Assembly: GCA_030324005.1 (NCBI GenBank)
Contig: JARDVH010000110.1
Location: 36,994,931 to 37,058,930 of the forward strand
From: Negaprion brevirostris
Lineage: Eukaryota
DNA length: 64,000 nucleotides
Reading direction: 5' to 3'
The translations under genes were made by a program, and so were the position numbers. This document shows positions 12,061 to 25,493 of the stretch, in pieces (the first letter of the stretch is position 1; each line of letters opens with the position of its first letter). A model generated the notes under the pieces. It was given only the letters and a program-made list of their open reading frames with translations, was not told where the DNA came from and did no database searches.

Positions 12061-12481
12061 CGATTTGTTTATACTCAGTTCACTCTGGAGGTTTTAAATA
12101 GTGGTCAGGCATATCAATATTTCTTACCCTCTTTTCCTCTTCTCTCTGAAATCACACCTAGTTCCCTGCTCCAAATGCTGGAAGTACTCCTCTCAAGGTG
12201 CTGGTCTCAGTTGTGGGGAAGGAGAAAATAACAAATCTGGTAGGCTTTACTGTAGGGCATCTCTGGAATGGTCCAGACAGTGGAACCTCTGATTTCTGAA
12301 TTTGTACTATGAGGGTGTTGGGGAGACATGAAGAGTTTGTGGGATGAATGGAAATGGGAACTGCATGGGGTGATTAGATATGAGCATGCCTTCAACTTCG
12401 ATCCTTTTATCCCACTGTTGACCATGGCTTCAGTCAGGGTATCTTCGGTAATGTATGGAGCTGCGGCTGTCTGTTGTGTAT

Positions 12482-12757
12482 TCATAGAATCCCTACAGTG
12501 CAGAAGGAGGCCATTCTACCCATCAAGCCTGCACCGACAACAATCCCACGTGGGCCCTATCCCCGCAAACACATGTTTTTACCCGTTAATCCCCTTGACA
12601 CTAAGGAACAATTTAACATGGCCAATCCACCTAACCCCCATGTCTTTGGACTGTGCAAGGAAATTGGAGCCCCCAGAGGAAACCCATGGATATGAAGAGA
12701 ATGTGCAGATTCCACACGACCAGTCACCCAAGGCCAGAATTGAACCTGGGTCCCTGA
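12482..12757 (-). mobile_element. HE1 SINE, 5'-truncated
   Basis: catagaatccctacagtgcagaagg tail plus V-core. Confidence 0.9.
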
Positions 12758-13029
12758 ATTCGCATTGTTCATAGTTGGAAGAAGGGCATGTGAGCCCTTA
12801 TGCTGTCACCGGCCACTTCCATGGGTAAGTGGGCAGTCTGGCCTAACAGTCGGTAGAGTAAGCAGCATAGGCAGCATTCTGAGTAGCAAGTACCTTGCAG
12901 CAATACGTTTAGAGCTGGGGGGTGTTCCAAAACCTTAAGCTGCCCAAGGCAAGAGAAATTGTCAAGCAGAAACAACATGATACAATACATGATACAAATT
13001 TAACAGTGCTAAATGCTATGTTTTCCATA

Positions 13030-13900
13030 AAGATCAAGGAATATTGGCAAGAAAATTTACCACCAGTGAGAAGTAGATACCTGTCATTGTCTTAGCACTG
13101 ATGTGGAGATGCCAGTGTTGGACTGAGGTAAAACACAAAGAAATCCCACAACACCAGTTTGAAGTCCAAACTGGTCTTGTGGGATTTCTTATTGTCTTAG
13201 CACTAACAGGACTGATCCTCACTGTACAAACTCAAGACAATGTAGAGTGGAGAAGATATGTAGAGCAGCTTTTGGCGACCAGAACCAGCTTACCAGAGAC
13301 AGAATCAATCAAGAGTTCACAAGAAGCTGTGCTAAGTGAAGACCTGGACATACCTGAGAGCCTGACAATACCCAAAACAATTGGGGAAAGCAGTGTCTCA
13401 GTTGAGAATACTTCAACACCAAGTCAATCTCCAAACGCTATGTTGACTTTGGTGAAGACAACAATGGATGATGTCCAAACTAAAACAAAAACACCAGAGT
13501 TTGCAGTCGATACAAAAAAGCAAAAGCCTGAGGTTCGCCAGCAGCCACCCAGAAATCAGCATCCTTTGAAATGTCTAACCCATTGATTTATATTTATTAA
13601 TCTGTCGTATTGAGAATTTTGATTGTCAATGTTATACTGTATTCCATTGCAGGAACCTCTGATATAAAGGCGAAGGGAAGTTTTATGTATTCACATTATT
13701 CCTAGCTGGAACAAGGAAACTTCAAAAGACTGATCACGTGACATCCTGAAGGCATCATTGGTTGTTTGAGTAGGCAAATGGGCAGAATATGCCAAAAGGC
13801 TGGAGAGTAAGCACCTTTTCATGAAGCTTTTGTTTGTTTGTACCTTCCTGGTCTGCAAGCCAATCCTTGTAAGATACTACACTGTTTCCTCCTGCTTCGG
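13030..13900 (+). mobile_element. Gypsy LTR retrotransposon 3' end (integrase C-terminal region, PPT, LTR start)
   Basis: ILARKFTTSEK*IPVIVLALTG..TVQTQDNVEWRRYVEQLL...PPRNQHPLKCL resembles the Gypsy V-ARNY/W-P/GP-SY/WRRH-DQL signature; purine tract near 13665-13680. Confidence 0.7.
13100..13190 (-). mobile_element. Minimal 91-bp Penelope-like fold-back insertion
   Basis: gatgtggagatgcc tail plus 23-bp hairpin arms (1 mismatch); 14-bp TSD ATTGTCTTAGCACT at 13086-13099 and 13191-13204. Confidence 0.88.
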
Positions 13901-13949
13901 AGCTACTGCCGCCAGTTATGCACCATTGTGTTCTGTCACTCGTGACAGT

Positions 13950-14065
13950 GGGGCATATTTTCTTGACATCAATCAAAGTCAGCGAGGGGCTGACCATGGA
14001 AAGGCCTGTTGACCTTGGGTGGGGTTTTCAGCTTTGGGGCAAGCGAGGCTAGAAAATCCCGCCCA
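13950..14065. mobile_element. Harbinger-type MITE (family A)
   Basis: ggggcatattttc...gaaaatcccgccc. Confidence 0.7.
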
Positions 14066-14454
14066 GTGAGTGTGGTGAAATGTGTTTGGATGATGTATTT
14101 TTTCATGATTGAATTGCTGGCAGTTTGTGCAAGCTGTAAGATGTAGGTGTGAGGCTTGCAGCAGCGCTAAATGTGTGAGGATGAGGTGAAGCTATGAATA
14201 TTAAGTGTGAGTCTTGATCGGTAGAGACGAGGACATGGTGCATGGAACAATGCACGCGACTAGCAGGCATTTGATGGAATGTGGCTTTTGAAGATGCATT
14301 GGCTACTCATCAACAGGCTCTACAGGCAATAATGGAAGATCCCCAATAACTCCAATGTAAGTGACAAGGTGAGCCTTAAAATTTGTTGGATAACTGATAG
14401 GAATCTATTAATTCCCAGGAACGTCCCGAGGCTCTTGATCTTCAACTAGAACAT

Positions 14455-15112
14455 TCTTTTGTATCCCTCTATCTTCAGTCTGCTCATGTGACTATCCAGG
14501 TAAGTCTTAAACAACCCTAGCATGTCTGCCTCCACCACCCTACTTGGCAGTGCATTCCAGGCCCCCACCACCCTCTGTGTAAAAAACGTCCCTCTNNNNN
14601 NNNNNNNNNNNNNNNNNNNNNNNNNNNNNNNNNNNNNNNNNNNNNNNNNNNNNNNNNNNNNNNNNNNNNNNNNNNNNNNNNNNNNNNNNNNNNNNCTTTT
14701 TCACCAACCTGCCATGAGGGACTTTGTCAAACGCCTTACTGAAATCCATATAGACAACATCCACGGCCCTTCGTCATCACCATTTTTGTCACCTCCTCAA
14801 AAAATTCCACCAGATTTGTAAGGTACGACTTCCCTCTTACAAAACCATGCTGTCTGTCACTAATGAGATTGTTCCATTCTAAATGTGCATGCATCCTATC
14901 TCTAAGAATCCTCTCCAACAACTTCCCCACCACGGACGTCAAGCTCACCGGCCTGTAATTCCCCGGGTTATCCCTGCTACCCTTTTTAAACAACGGTACC
15001 ACATTCGCTATCCTCCAATCCTCTAGGACCTCACCTGTGTCCAAAGAAGAGAGAAAGATTTCCGTCAGAGGCCCAGCAATTTCATCTCTTGTCTCCCTAA
15101 GCAGTCTAGGAT
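14455..15112 (-). mobile_element. CR1 (HER1-like) LINE, RT region and 3' part, gapped
   Basis: DWRIANVVPLFKKGSRDNPGNYRPVSLTSVVGKLLE...QHGF...YMDFSKAFDKVPH. Confidence 0.97.
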
Positions 15113-15699
15113 ACTCAAGTGAGGTCACTCAACTTATTTTGGCACTATTGGCCTCTATGACTGTCTGTTCCCATTGCCTTTTCAGAATTTTACTCGAGGA
15201 CCTCTTGGTCCCCAGTGCATAGATGATCTCTCTCCTACAGTTATTTCCTGCACCAACATCTCCAGTGCAATTTCAGATAAATTTCAATCTCATTCTTTTC
15301 AATTATGTATCATTCTTAGATTTTACCTAATTCAAAGCTACTGGTTGAATTAACTATTCAAGACAAACCCCTTCAAGATCTGCAGATTTGCTTTACGTGG
15401 TGCACACTAGCTGGAATTTCTGCTAGCCTCCCATGATCTTGTGTCTCCTATTCATTTTGCAGTTAACAGCATGAGCGCTGACTGCATGTTACAATCATAC
15501 AAATGAGCTGAGAGAGTGAATAACAGACAGGCATAGGTCTATCTTGCTTTGAACCCCTCGTTCACATTTTTGGCCCTTATCCAATTTTTCACATAGATCA
15601 TTATATCCACAGATAAAGGGATCATGACTATGCTGGGAAAGCAGGCACAGCTCTCCACAATTTGTTGCCTGTTGTCATACAGAGCTAGAAAGTCAAGGA

Positions 15700-15810
15700 G
15701 TGACAAATTTGCATTGATGTAGCACCTTTCACAGCCACAGAACATCCCAAAGCATCTTGCAGCCAATCAAGTACTTTTGAAGCGAACTCATCATTATAAA
15801 TGTCGGAAAT
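15700..15810 (-). mobile_element. DeuSINE/SacSINE1-like 3' tail
   Basis: catcccaaagcatcttgcagccaatcaagtacttttgaag. Confidence 0.65.
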
Positions 15811-15944
15811 CCCCAGATAATCGTGTGAAGCATGAAAGGCAATATTCTTGCAGCTGATGTTGTCTCACGAGAAGCCTGACATTCTGTCAAAATCCCTTTC
15901 TTGCTAGATCACTGTTTTCATGGGGAAGGAGGTGAATTGAATTC

Positions 15945-16260
15945 CTATGGAGCACAGCATTTGTGTGCCATATACGTGACACAGCACACTGCAAACTGTG
16001 GGAGGCTCCTTACAAGAACTGTTGGAACTGGTAATATCCCTGTGGCATAGAAATTAAAGGTCATCATAACCTTGACAGTTGCAGGCAGTGCTCTACACGC
16101 CTCAGAGGGAGCTAAAATTAGTAATGCATTGTGACGCAACTCACCAATAACTTTCCTCAGGAAGCTGAGGTGCCTTGTGTACTGATTTTCAATCAACTTG
16201 AGGTAATAAATAAATTCCGAAATGAGCATGTCCTGCTTCACCCTCATCAGGAACGATCCA
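15945..16260 (-). mobile_element. PIF/Harbinger transposase N-terminal (HTH) fragment
   Basis: RHLSFLRKVIGEL...RALPATVKVMMTFNFYATG...PQFAV resembles HARBI1-family ALPVxxKVxxALxFYAxG. Confidence 0.75.
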
Positions 16261-16299
16261 GGCCTGTGCCTTATTAAAATCATAGAATCATGATTAGAA

Positions 16300-16650
16300 A
16301 ATCAGGATGGGCACAGGTAAGGTGAATAGCTAAGGTCTTTTTCACCAGGGTAGGGGAGTCCAAAACTAGAGGGCCTTTGTTTAAGGTGAGAAGGGAAAAA
16401 TTTAAAAGGAACCTGATGGGCAACCTTTTCATACAGAGGGTGGTACGCATATGGGATGAGCTGCCAGAGGAGGTGGTAGAAGCAGATACAATTATAACAC
16501 TTAAAATACATTTGGACAGATATGTGGATGGGAAATGTTTAGAGGGATATGGGCCATACGCAGAAAAATGGGACTAGTTCAGTTAGAAAACCTGATTGGC
16601 ATGAACAAGTTGGGCTGACGGGCCGTGCTGCATATCCCTATGACTCCCTA
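16300..16650 (+). mobile_element. CR1 LINE 3' end
   Basis: FKVRREKFKRNLMGNLFIQRVVRIWDELPEEVVEA. Confidence 0.92.
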
Positions 16651-18077
16651 TCATATCGTTACTTGCTCGTTCTTCTGCTCCTCAACATTTGCCCATAAAT
16701 AATAATGTTTGTGCAAAGTACAACAACAAGCAAGCAGTTCTAAAATGTTTTTTCTGAGAAAGTCTGAGCACTATCACTGTAGCAAAGAGAACAAAAAAAA
16801 TCCACAATCACCCTAGCACCTTAAAACAATTAACAAGATGCTAATCCGATGAAGGTCATTGCCCTGCAATTGTGGGTGGGAATCTCTGCTCCGACCAGTA
16901 ACAAGCTTGGAGGCAGGAAGGGCACATAATTGGATGCAATGGTGGTGTAAAGGAACCGTGCGGCTTTCCCCCCTCTGTCAGAACTAAATTCTGTTGAAAA
17001 TTAATTAATGACCACTAATGGACCTCATCCCACTTGTCATGGGTATTAATCCAGCTGTGGCCAGGCCTTTCACCCTGTGGCATGCACAGGAACTGAACCC
17101 GTGTGACCAACTTGTCACTTCAAGAGGTGAAGATGGAGGGTGTGTGTCCCTCGGTCAAAGATACTCAATACCTGATCAAGGGATTGGACATTGGGAAAGA
17201 TGGGCCCCCTGACAGACATGCCCTTGACCTTCCTGCTGACTTTCATTCCTCCCTCTGCCCTCCATCCACCACTCTGTGAAAACCCTTTCATTACTTGTCT
17301 GGGTTGCTCTGCAATCCTGGAATTCCAGTGCTTGTCCTTCTGGCAGTGGCCACAGCCTCTTCGGTGGTGATGCTGAGCAAAAAAGCTACTGATCTCTAAT
17401 TGGTCAGCAGCTCTCAGCAGGCAAGGCTTCCCAAAGGGAAGGTTTGCCATTGGCCTTGTCAATGCCTGATTAGTTTGTGATTTTGCATGTGAAATTACTC
17501 CTCAGAGGTCGCTTTCCCTTCACCATATTCTCTTTATTTACAAACTCACTTCCACTCTGAGAGTGCCTCAGGTACAAGGTCAGAATCAGGAGTGCCAGTG
17601 AATCTGGCACTCCCATCTTTATATTAAGATGAGACTCAGGCATCTCATACTCCAAAAGGCCGACCTCATGAGTCTCGTTGAAGTCATTACAGAGGGCCTT
17701 CCTGAAAAGGGACAAGGCAGATCTCTCGCTAGATCCCCAGTTGGCAGGTGAGATTCCTAATGTCTCAACAAGATTCCACCTCTTAATTCTGTTTTTCTCT
17801 CCACAGATACTGCCACATCTACTGAAGATTTCCAATATTTTCTACATGTATCTAAACTGGAGTGAGAATCACTTTCGATGGCACCTCTGCAGTTCTTTTC
17901 TTCTTTTCACCTTTTGTGGACTTCTTGTGAATCAGTGGAAGCAAAGACCCATTTCCTAAACCGGTCAAAGGGCTGTAATTTAAATATTTTGTATGAATGG
18001 ATGCCCATTCACAACTGCATTTCTGGGCAAATAGGTTGAGCCGAAATGATGTGTGTTGCACTTCCTTCAGTTTTTAA

Positions 18078-19310
18078 GAACATAAGGAAAACTGTAGGAG
18101 AGTCCATAAGGCCTATTAATAAAGCCTTCCCTGCCATTCATTAAGATAGTTACTATTCTTCAGCTAGAACTCCTCATTCTAATGTGACCTCATATCTTGT
18201 GATTCCCTGTGTTTAAATTTAGATCACCCATAATTCTTGAACATGCTCGATGACTCAGCATCCACAGATCTTTGGGGAAGACAATTGCAAAATTCACAAC
18301 CCACTAAGTGAAGAAACATCTCCTGGTCTTGGTTTTAAATGGCCTACCCCTTATCCAGACTGTATACTATCCTTTATCCTGACTGGAATATTTGGTCTGC
18401 AGAACCAGCCTCTCTGAATCTAACCCACAGAGCCCACGCAGAGTAATGGGTGCTGTTTGCACACCCTGCTACGCTTGTCGAGATCGTCCTGGGCCATTTT
18501 TTCCTGGGGTAATCAGCCTCACACCGGGGAACAGTGGGATTAGACCCCGATACCTCCTTCAGGCGTGAATTACCTGATGGCCCCTACATTACACAGAGAG
18601 CCAGAAATTCATTTCACTAAGTTTGCCCAAGGAAAATTGGGACAAAAACTCCTGTTTTCCCACCCTTTGGGCACTCAGAATTTTGTTGGGAAAATCGCGC
18701 CCTATATGATTTTGAGACAGATCACCTCACCTAATTTGAAGCACTAGGGAATATGTCCATTCTCATCAATCCCTTTTCAAAGCTCAGTCCCCTCAACCCA
18801 GGAACTAATCTAATGAACTTTTGTTTCGTTCCCTCACAGATTAATTTCCCACCTAATTCTGTTTTGTCAGCAATCGTTAATAAATTATGTCTTATCCTTT
18901 CATCTAGGCCATTAATAGAGATTGTCAATCATTGAGATCCAGCACTCTTCCTTGCAGCGCTGACCTTTTTTCAATAGCGGTGACACATTTACTACTGCAG
19001 TTCACTGATACCGGTCCAAATCTTGGGAAATTTGGAAGATTACAAACAATGCATTCATTATCCCTGCAGCTACCTCTTTCTGAACTCCAAGATGTAGATT
19101 ATCAGGTAAGGAAATTGATTGTGTCCCGTTAATTTCCTTACTGTCATCAGGTCCTTGGTTTTTAATTATTTCTGTGAAGGCAGACACAAAATGTTTGTTC
19201 AACTCTTGCCATTTTCTATACCCATGATAATTTATGCTGCCTCAGCCTCGAGGTGAACCATCTTTACTACTTGCTACTCACATTCACTTACATTGCTGTA
19301 GAAGCTCTAA
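18078..19310 (-). mobile_element. Decayed CR1 LINE interrupted by a MITE at about 18445-18705
   Basis: taagaacataag tail; INGLDERI...IADKTELGG; GPDD..HLGVQKEVAAGI; MITE end gggaaaatcgcgccc. Confidence 0.8.
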
Positions 19311-19637
19311 TAGAATCATAGATTCCCTACAGTACAGAAGGAGGCAATTCGGCCCATCATGTCTGTATTGACCACAATCCCACCCATGCCCTATTCCTGT
19401 AACCCCATACATTTAACCTGCTATTCCCCCCTGACACTCACTTCAATTTAGAATGGCCAATCAACTTAATGAGCACATCTTTCGGACTGTGGGAGGAAAC
19501 CAGACCACCCAAAGGAAACCCACACAGACACAGGGAGAAATTGCAAATTCCACACACAGTCACCCAAGCCGGGAATTGAATCTGGAACCCTGGCACTGTG
19601 AGGCAGCAGTATTAACCACTGTGCCACCACGTCACCC
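19311..19637 (-). mobile_element. HE1 SINE
   Basis: Head, V-core and tail on the minus strand. Confidence 0.93.
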
Positions 19638-19759
19638 AACAACCTATTTTCATATTTTTTGCTAGTTTAGGGCAGGCAAGGCTCGCAGAATGGAATTTTT
19701 TGTTGGCCTCAGGCGGGGTTTTACAAACCCTGCCCGAGCAATGTCCCAAAATCCCGGCC

Positions 19760-20190
19760 ATTCTATTTTCTTCCTCTTCCATTTTTGTCAGGTTTTGCTG
19801 ATTTTTGAAACTCTCCCAATCCTCAGCCTTACTATTTTTCCTGGCAATATTATGAGTCCTCTCTTTTAATTCCTTTAAGTGTCTCTTGATGGCACTTTCA
19901 ATGACATCTTCTCTCACTTTGCTTATGAGTGAAAGTGAGCTGATTGGGTGGTATTTGACAGGCTTGGATTCATCCTGCTTTTTGTGGAGAGGATTTGCCT
20001 GGGCAGTTTTTTCACATTGTTGAATAGAAGCCAGTGTTGTAGCTGTACTAGAACAGCTTGGCTAGACAACTGGCTAGTTCTACAACTCAAATAATCAGTG
20101 CTGCTGCCAAAATATTATCCAGGCCTATAGCCTATGCAGTCTTCAATGTCTTCAGCCGTTTTTAATATCGCATGGAGTGAATTGAACTGA
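19760..20190 (-). mobile_element. CR1-group LINE fragments (two subfamilies)
   Basis: DWESFKNQQ motif; second family gccagtgttgtagctgtactagaacagcttggctag. Confidence 0.7.
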
Positions 20191-20780
20191 CTGATTGGTC
20201 CCCTCGCCAACTGCTGCCCTGAAATCTCCCCCAGCTGATTGCCGTCCCGGCTGATCCCCAATTGCAGAGTGTGCTGTTCCCCGCTGCTTGCCTCCTCTTA
20301 GGCCTTGCCCCCTTCAAGCCCCAACCTCTCTCCTAAGGCCCCACACCTTGGTACTGTCTGTGGCTGGCAGGCAGTGTCAGGGTGTCTACTAGGTAGTGCC
20401 AGTGTGGCACTGCTAGGGTCCCAGGCTGGCAGTTCCAAGCTGGCATTGCCCCCACCAGACCCAAAAAACTCAGGGACTTCAGTGGCCTCCAATTCCACCA
20501 GCAAGGCCATCATATCTAGTCTCCATTGGTAGAGGACCATGCATGATCCTCACAAGTGAGGATGTTCATCAGTGAGAACATTAAGGCAAGTAAGCCCAAC
20601 CAATTGCATCCAGGGCAAATGTTAAAATCTGCCTCACACCTGATCATGCTGGCTTCACAGTCACCGTAAGATTGCGAGAGGTGAGAAACTTGGCACGAAG
20701 TAAGTTTCTCGCCTCTCTCGCGATCCTATTGACTTGCCATACCAGTCAACTGGCGGGACGAGCCAGTAAGATTGCCCCCA
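20190..20780. mobile_element. Harbinger-derived non-autonomous element
   Basis: Ends gtaagattgccccc; shares sequence in reverse orientation with 23500-24100 (cttcagtggcctcc...gcaaggccatca). Confidence 0.6.
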
Positions 20781-22008
20781 GAATTTGGTCCCACAAGGCC
20801 AGTATGGTGGTCATGCCTCCCAACACTGTGATGGATCCTCTTCTTCATAGCATGGCAGCTGCACTTTCTTTGCATGACTGTAGCAGATCAGGAACGCAGG
20901 TCAGCATCATCTTCTCAAGGGAAATTAGGCTTAGGAAGCAAATGGAAAACCACCCACTTCATATGAAAGAATTTTTTAAAAACTAATGCTGTCCTTAACC
21001 TCTCCAGCTTCCATGGATGATTCATTATAGCCATAGAAATGAGAGCAATAGAGAAAGAGAAAATCGGAAGCAAATGGTAGAATATATATTCTTTGAGAAT
21101 GATGAAGTATTTACTTAAGTGCTCCCTATTCCTCATCTAGCGATATATCTTTTAATATAATCTCCCAATTTAAATTCACCAACTTGTCCTTCATAACTAT
21201 GTAATTGACTTTATTTCAGTTTAATCATCCAGTTTTGGTACTAAAATGGAAACAATTATTTAAATTGAAGTACATATTTTTAATAACAATGACAGAAATG
21301 AAGTGGTTGCCAAATTTTTGAATTGAATGGGCTACAGCCTGACGAGTCACATCTAATTATAATCAAAGTGCTTTTTGGTAGCAAGTGTTATCTATAGTTC
21401 TGGGCAAGTTAACCAACCTAAATGCGATGTTGTTTCCAAAACAGTGTTGAAAAAAATTAAACAATTTTCAATTCTAAATACTGTAATAAATGTACTTCAG
21501 AGACAAACTATAAAATAAATAGCACCTTTGAAGTTAATTTTGGAATCAAAGCTATACTTTCATAGTTCCAATGCTAACCGCTCACCACAGTTTTCCAAGA
21601 GTTGTTTAATTTAATCTTTGAGCCTTGTAATTTGATCTGGAGTTGCTCCAAATATGCTTTTTGCCTATTAGTGTCTTCCATGATTTTCCCAGGCAGACAA
21701 TTCAGTTATTATATTGAACACACTGCAAAGTATTTTGTAAGAGGATGGAGATTTAATTCCTATCAACTTCTGGTGAGAATTAAAAGTCAATCATTATATT
21801 ATGGCTAATTGAAACAATCACGTAATTAAGCAAAATGAAAAACCAATGCTTTATTTTGTGCTGTTGCACAAGTCAGTTCATTAGACCAACATATTATAAA
21901 ATGCCCACACTTCTTTGCAAGAGGTATGCAAGGGTACAAATCTGTATCATCAAGGGTAGAAGAAACATTTGAGGCATGCAAGGTGGCCAGATCTGGAGCC
22001 TTTTGAAG

Positions 22009-22075
22009 GATGTGGAGATGCCAGCATTGGACTGGAGTAAACATAGTAAGAAGTCTCACCAGGTTAAAGTCCAGG
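22009..22075 (-). mobile_element. Penelope-like tail fragment
   Basis: gatgtggagatgccagcattggactggagtaaacatagtaagaagtctc. Confidence 0.8.
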
Positions 22076-22519
22076 ACCAGACAAGCAAATGAATATCAGA
22101 ATGACAGACAGGAAAGTCAGTTAAGACCCTCAAGGAAAATTATCATGTCATTCACACAATCCCCAAACTGCAGGTTGAATCTGTTGGGACACAAGGCAAG
22201 GGAGACCAAAGTCAAGACATGAAGACTTCACAAAATCAATAGATGTGCATGCTGGGAAAACACAGCAGAGCAATAAAAACCTTTAAGCTTACGATCTCAA
22301 AACTTACGTGTTAGCTTTTCTCAGCCGACCTATCATTCCCAAATTCATAATTGAATAATTGTCAAATGGAAGAAGTTCCAAGGGGATTCCATCTCTGGGG
22401 GGAGCGGGAGAGATGGCAGGGACAATGACAAGAGGAAAATAATTAATTTCTTCAGATAAGATGCACAGTTCAGCAGGTGAATTGGCATCTCAATCTGAGA
22501 TTGTCAGGTGACTTGAATT

Positions 22520-22827
22520 CAAATTTATTTATTCGTGACACAAGAAGGCTTACATTAACACTGCAATAAAGGTACTGTGAAAATCCTGTAGCTGCCACAC
22601 TCCGGCACCTTTTCAGGTACACCAAGGGAGAATTTAGCATGGCCAATGCACCTAACCAGCACATCTTTCCGATTGTGGGAGGAAACCCACGGAGACCGGA
22701 GGAAACCTACTCAGACACAGGGAGAACGAGCAGACCCCACACAGACAGTGATCCAAGCCAGGAATCAAACCGGAGTCCCTGGCACTGTGAAGCAACAGTG
22801 CTAACCACTATGCCACCTTGCTGCCCC
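22520..22827 (-). mobile_element. V-SINE with alternative, non-CR1 3' tail
   Basis: HE1-like head and core, but tail ttcacagta...gtgttaatgtaagcc...aataaataaa. Confidence 0.88.
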
Positions 22828-23499
22828 AAGGTGAGCCTAAAGCTTAGGTAATTCTGCTTAAAGTAAGAACTAGATACGTATCGAAGATCATTCACGTAAA
22901 CATTCAAGTGCTGGCAAAATTTCAAGGAAAACAGTTTTAGACTAACAGGCACTTTAGTTAAAAACAGAGTCACATAGAGCTCCTTCATGAGTACTGCATT
23001 AAACAGCAACCATTGAAAAAATGAATTCTGGCAATTTCTTAGAAAGAATACCATCATGAAAAGTCTTTCCTTTCAGGACAAACATTCCCCAATTGTATCA
23101 AATGTAGTTTTCTCTCATCCTCCTTGGTTTGTACTTGAATGAGTACAAGAATCATAGACCTGGATGAAAAATTGATGCGCTTGTGTCCCGTGATGTTTAA
23201 TGATGTTTGAACAATGATCAAAATTGAGTGCCAGCTCCACAAAATTCATTGAGTTTTCAGGCCTCTCGATCAGAAGCTGAACCTCCAAGCTGTAAATGGT
23301 CATCCCCACTGCTAACTCACATGAAATTGTTATTCTGCTTCAGAAAACATCTGAAAACTGTCCGACTCTGATCCCTCCCATATCCCAGCTTACGACCTTG
23401 TATTCTTATTTTAAAATGATCAATTAGCTAAATTCAGATGACATATATAAATCATTTATGTTTTCTGCTCAGATTATGGATAATATCAAACCCTTTGAT

Positions 23500-24100
23500 T
23501 AAATAATAGGCACGATCTGATCAGCGCTGGTCAATCAGTGTGGTGAGCTGGTATGATAGGGTGAGAGGCAAAAAATAGGGTTCAGGCCAGGTTTCTCACC
23601 TCTTGCGTTCTTGCTGGCTTTCTTTTGCTGCCAAAATCAGCCATGTGTCCAGGAAGACTCATTAAAATATTAATGACAATCCTCCGGGCTCATTTATTTT
23701 ACTCCCTCACCTGTCAAGGTCCACACCAGTGAGAAACACACGTGGCCCCCACCAATAGTGATCAGATGTGATGGCCTTGCTCGTGGGACTGGAGGCCATT
23801 GAAGATCGCTGGTTGGTTGGGCAGAACCAGACAGTGCCCATGGGGTAGTGCCAATCTGGCACCCTCACACTACCCACCTGGAACCCTGACACTGCCAGCC
23901 TGACACCCTGGCAGTGACAAGAGTGTGGGTCTGAAGAGTGGGACCTGAGGGAGTGGGGCCTGATGGGGGGCATGGGGGCAAGGTCTGTAGGGCAGAAGAG
24001 TGGGGAGGAATGACAGTTCTTCCAGCACACTGTCAATGTGCTTTCAGTGTATGCAGTATACTAGGAGATTGGGACACATGCGCAATGGCATCCTTAAAGC
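23500..24100. mobile_element. Harbinger-derived non-autonomous element (sibling of 20190-20780)
   Basis: Reverse-complement similarity to 20300-20780. Confidence 0.6.
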
Positions 24101-24649
24101 TCAGTAGCCAGTCTTACAGTTGAGCTGAGACTCCCTCCACTTCCACTGGCAAGAATCACATTACAGTTTCTGTATTCCCAATACTTAACTCGCTGAAAAA
24201 ACAGATGAGAAAATCTACCCTTTTCACCCCCTGCAATTGTTTTGAGAAAATTCTGCACGGAAACTTTTTCACTTACTTCATAATTCATTAGGATTTAAGG
24301 CTGATCATAACTCACCTGCTACTCTGATTTCATTTATGGAAGTTAAATCATTTGTAAGGTAGGGTCCCATAAATTCTCCTCATTTAAAAAAAACACAACT
24401 TCTTTCTTCATTCCCATCCATTGGTTGACTCAACACACCCTGGATGAGTTATTGCTGCAGTTGGTGAGTTAGCAGCAGGGTGGGTGGCTGCCTGCCCTTT
24501 GTAACTTCACACTAAGCTAGAAGGCTTTCCTGTTGGAGTCTTTGTTAATGAAACAAAAAGGATTTGGAGTAATAATACTCATATGTTCACTTTGGCAAGG
24601 AGGAAGAAAATTCTCTGTCAACTGCGAAGTTTGTGAACATGGAATTTAC

Positions 24650-25493
24650 CTGGTTTGTCCTCGGGGATGGAGGTGGGGGGAATAGAGGGAATGTGTGGAG
24701 GAGGTAGTTGTTGGTGGATGTGGGGGAAGCTGAAGGTTGTCAGTGTCTCTGGTCAGTGGAACAGTCAGGTTGGAAGAAATCTTTGGTAGATAGGTATGTT
24801 CACCCGCTTTGCTTCTCTTCTGGAGTGCCATTATTGCACAATTACTGTTATCAGCACCTCTAATTCCTTTGTGCCCCTATCTGCAGCCTCTGACATTTTA
24901 ATGTGGGATCAAGGCAGAACTGATCCTATCATTTCTTCAGCCTCCTGCTATGTTGTTCATTTGTTTTCTCTTTGTCTGTCAGTGAGTAGTAAGAGGGCTC
25001 ACAAGATTCAGTGCTACAGGATGGGGATTCATAATCTTTACTCAAGTAAGGTGGCCATTGCTAGCTTGCAATTTACATCTTTGCCTTTTTTATTCCATTG
25101 TAATACAATATTCTGGAATGTCTTGATGCTTCATTGAAAATGTTGGCATATTGCTGCTTTCACTTTGTGCTCCAATAGTCTCTGCCCACACAGTTGAACG
25201 TCTTGGTTTTCACCCAGTTCCATGTTGGAGCGTACTATTTGGATTCTCATTCTTATTCAGTTGCATTCTTGCATTTATAATATTCCCATGCGTGCTTCTA
25301 CTTTCATTATCTTTTTTAATGTACTTCTGTATTTCTGTTTAATGACTTGAAACAGTGCAGAGTTTTTTTTTTCTCCTGTTTGGAAAACTTTACGGCTCTC
25401 GTGAGGTTGCAGCTGTGAAATTTTCGGAACGTAACAACCAAGGATCATTGAAAGTTCATTTTGGACAGCCATTTCACACTTGGTCCTACTCAA
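24650..25493 (-). pseudogene. Large decayed exon-like block
   Basis: A-rich coding-like minus strand, multiple stops, last 61 codons open (MALQKRSK...PRGQT), donor CAG|GTAAAT. Confidence 0.4.

Noticed and set aside
13101-13586. 161-aa ORF with an apparent transmembrane segment
   Set aside because: Chimera of a PLE insertion and a Gypsy integrase tail.
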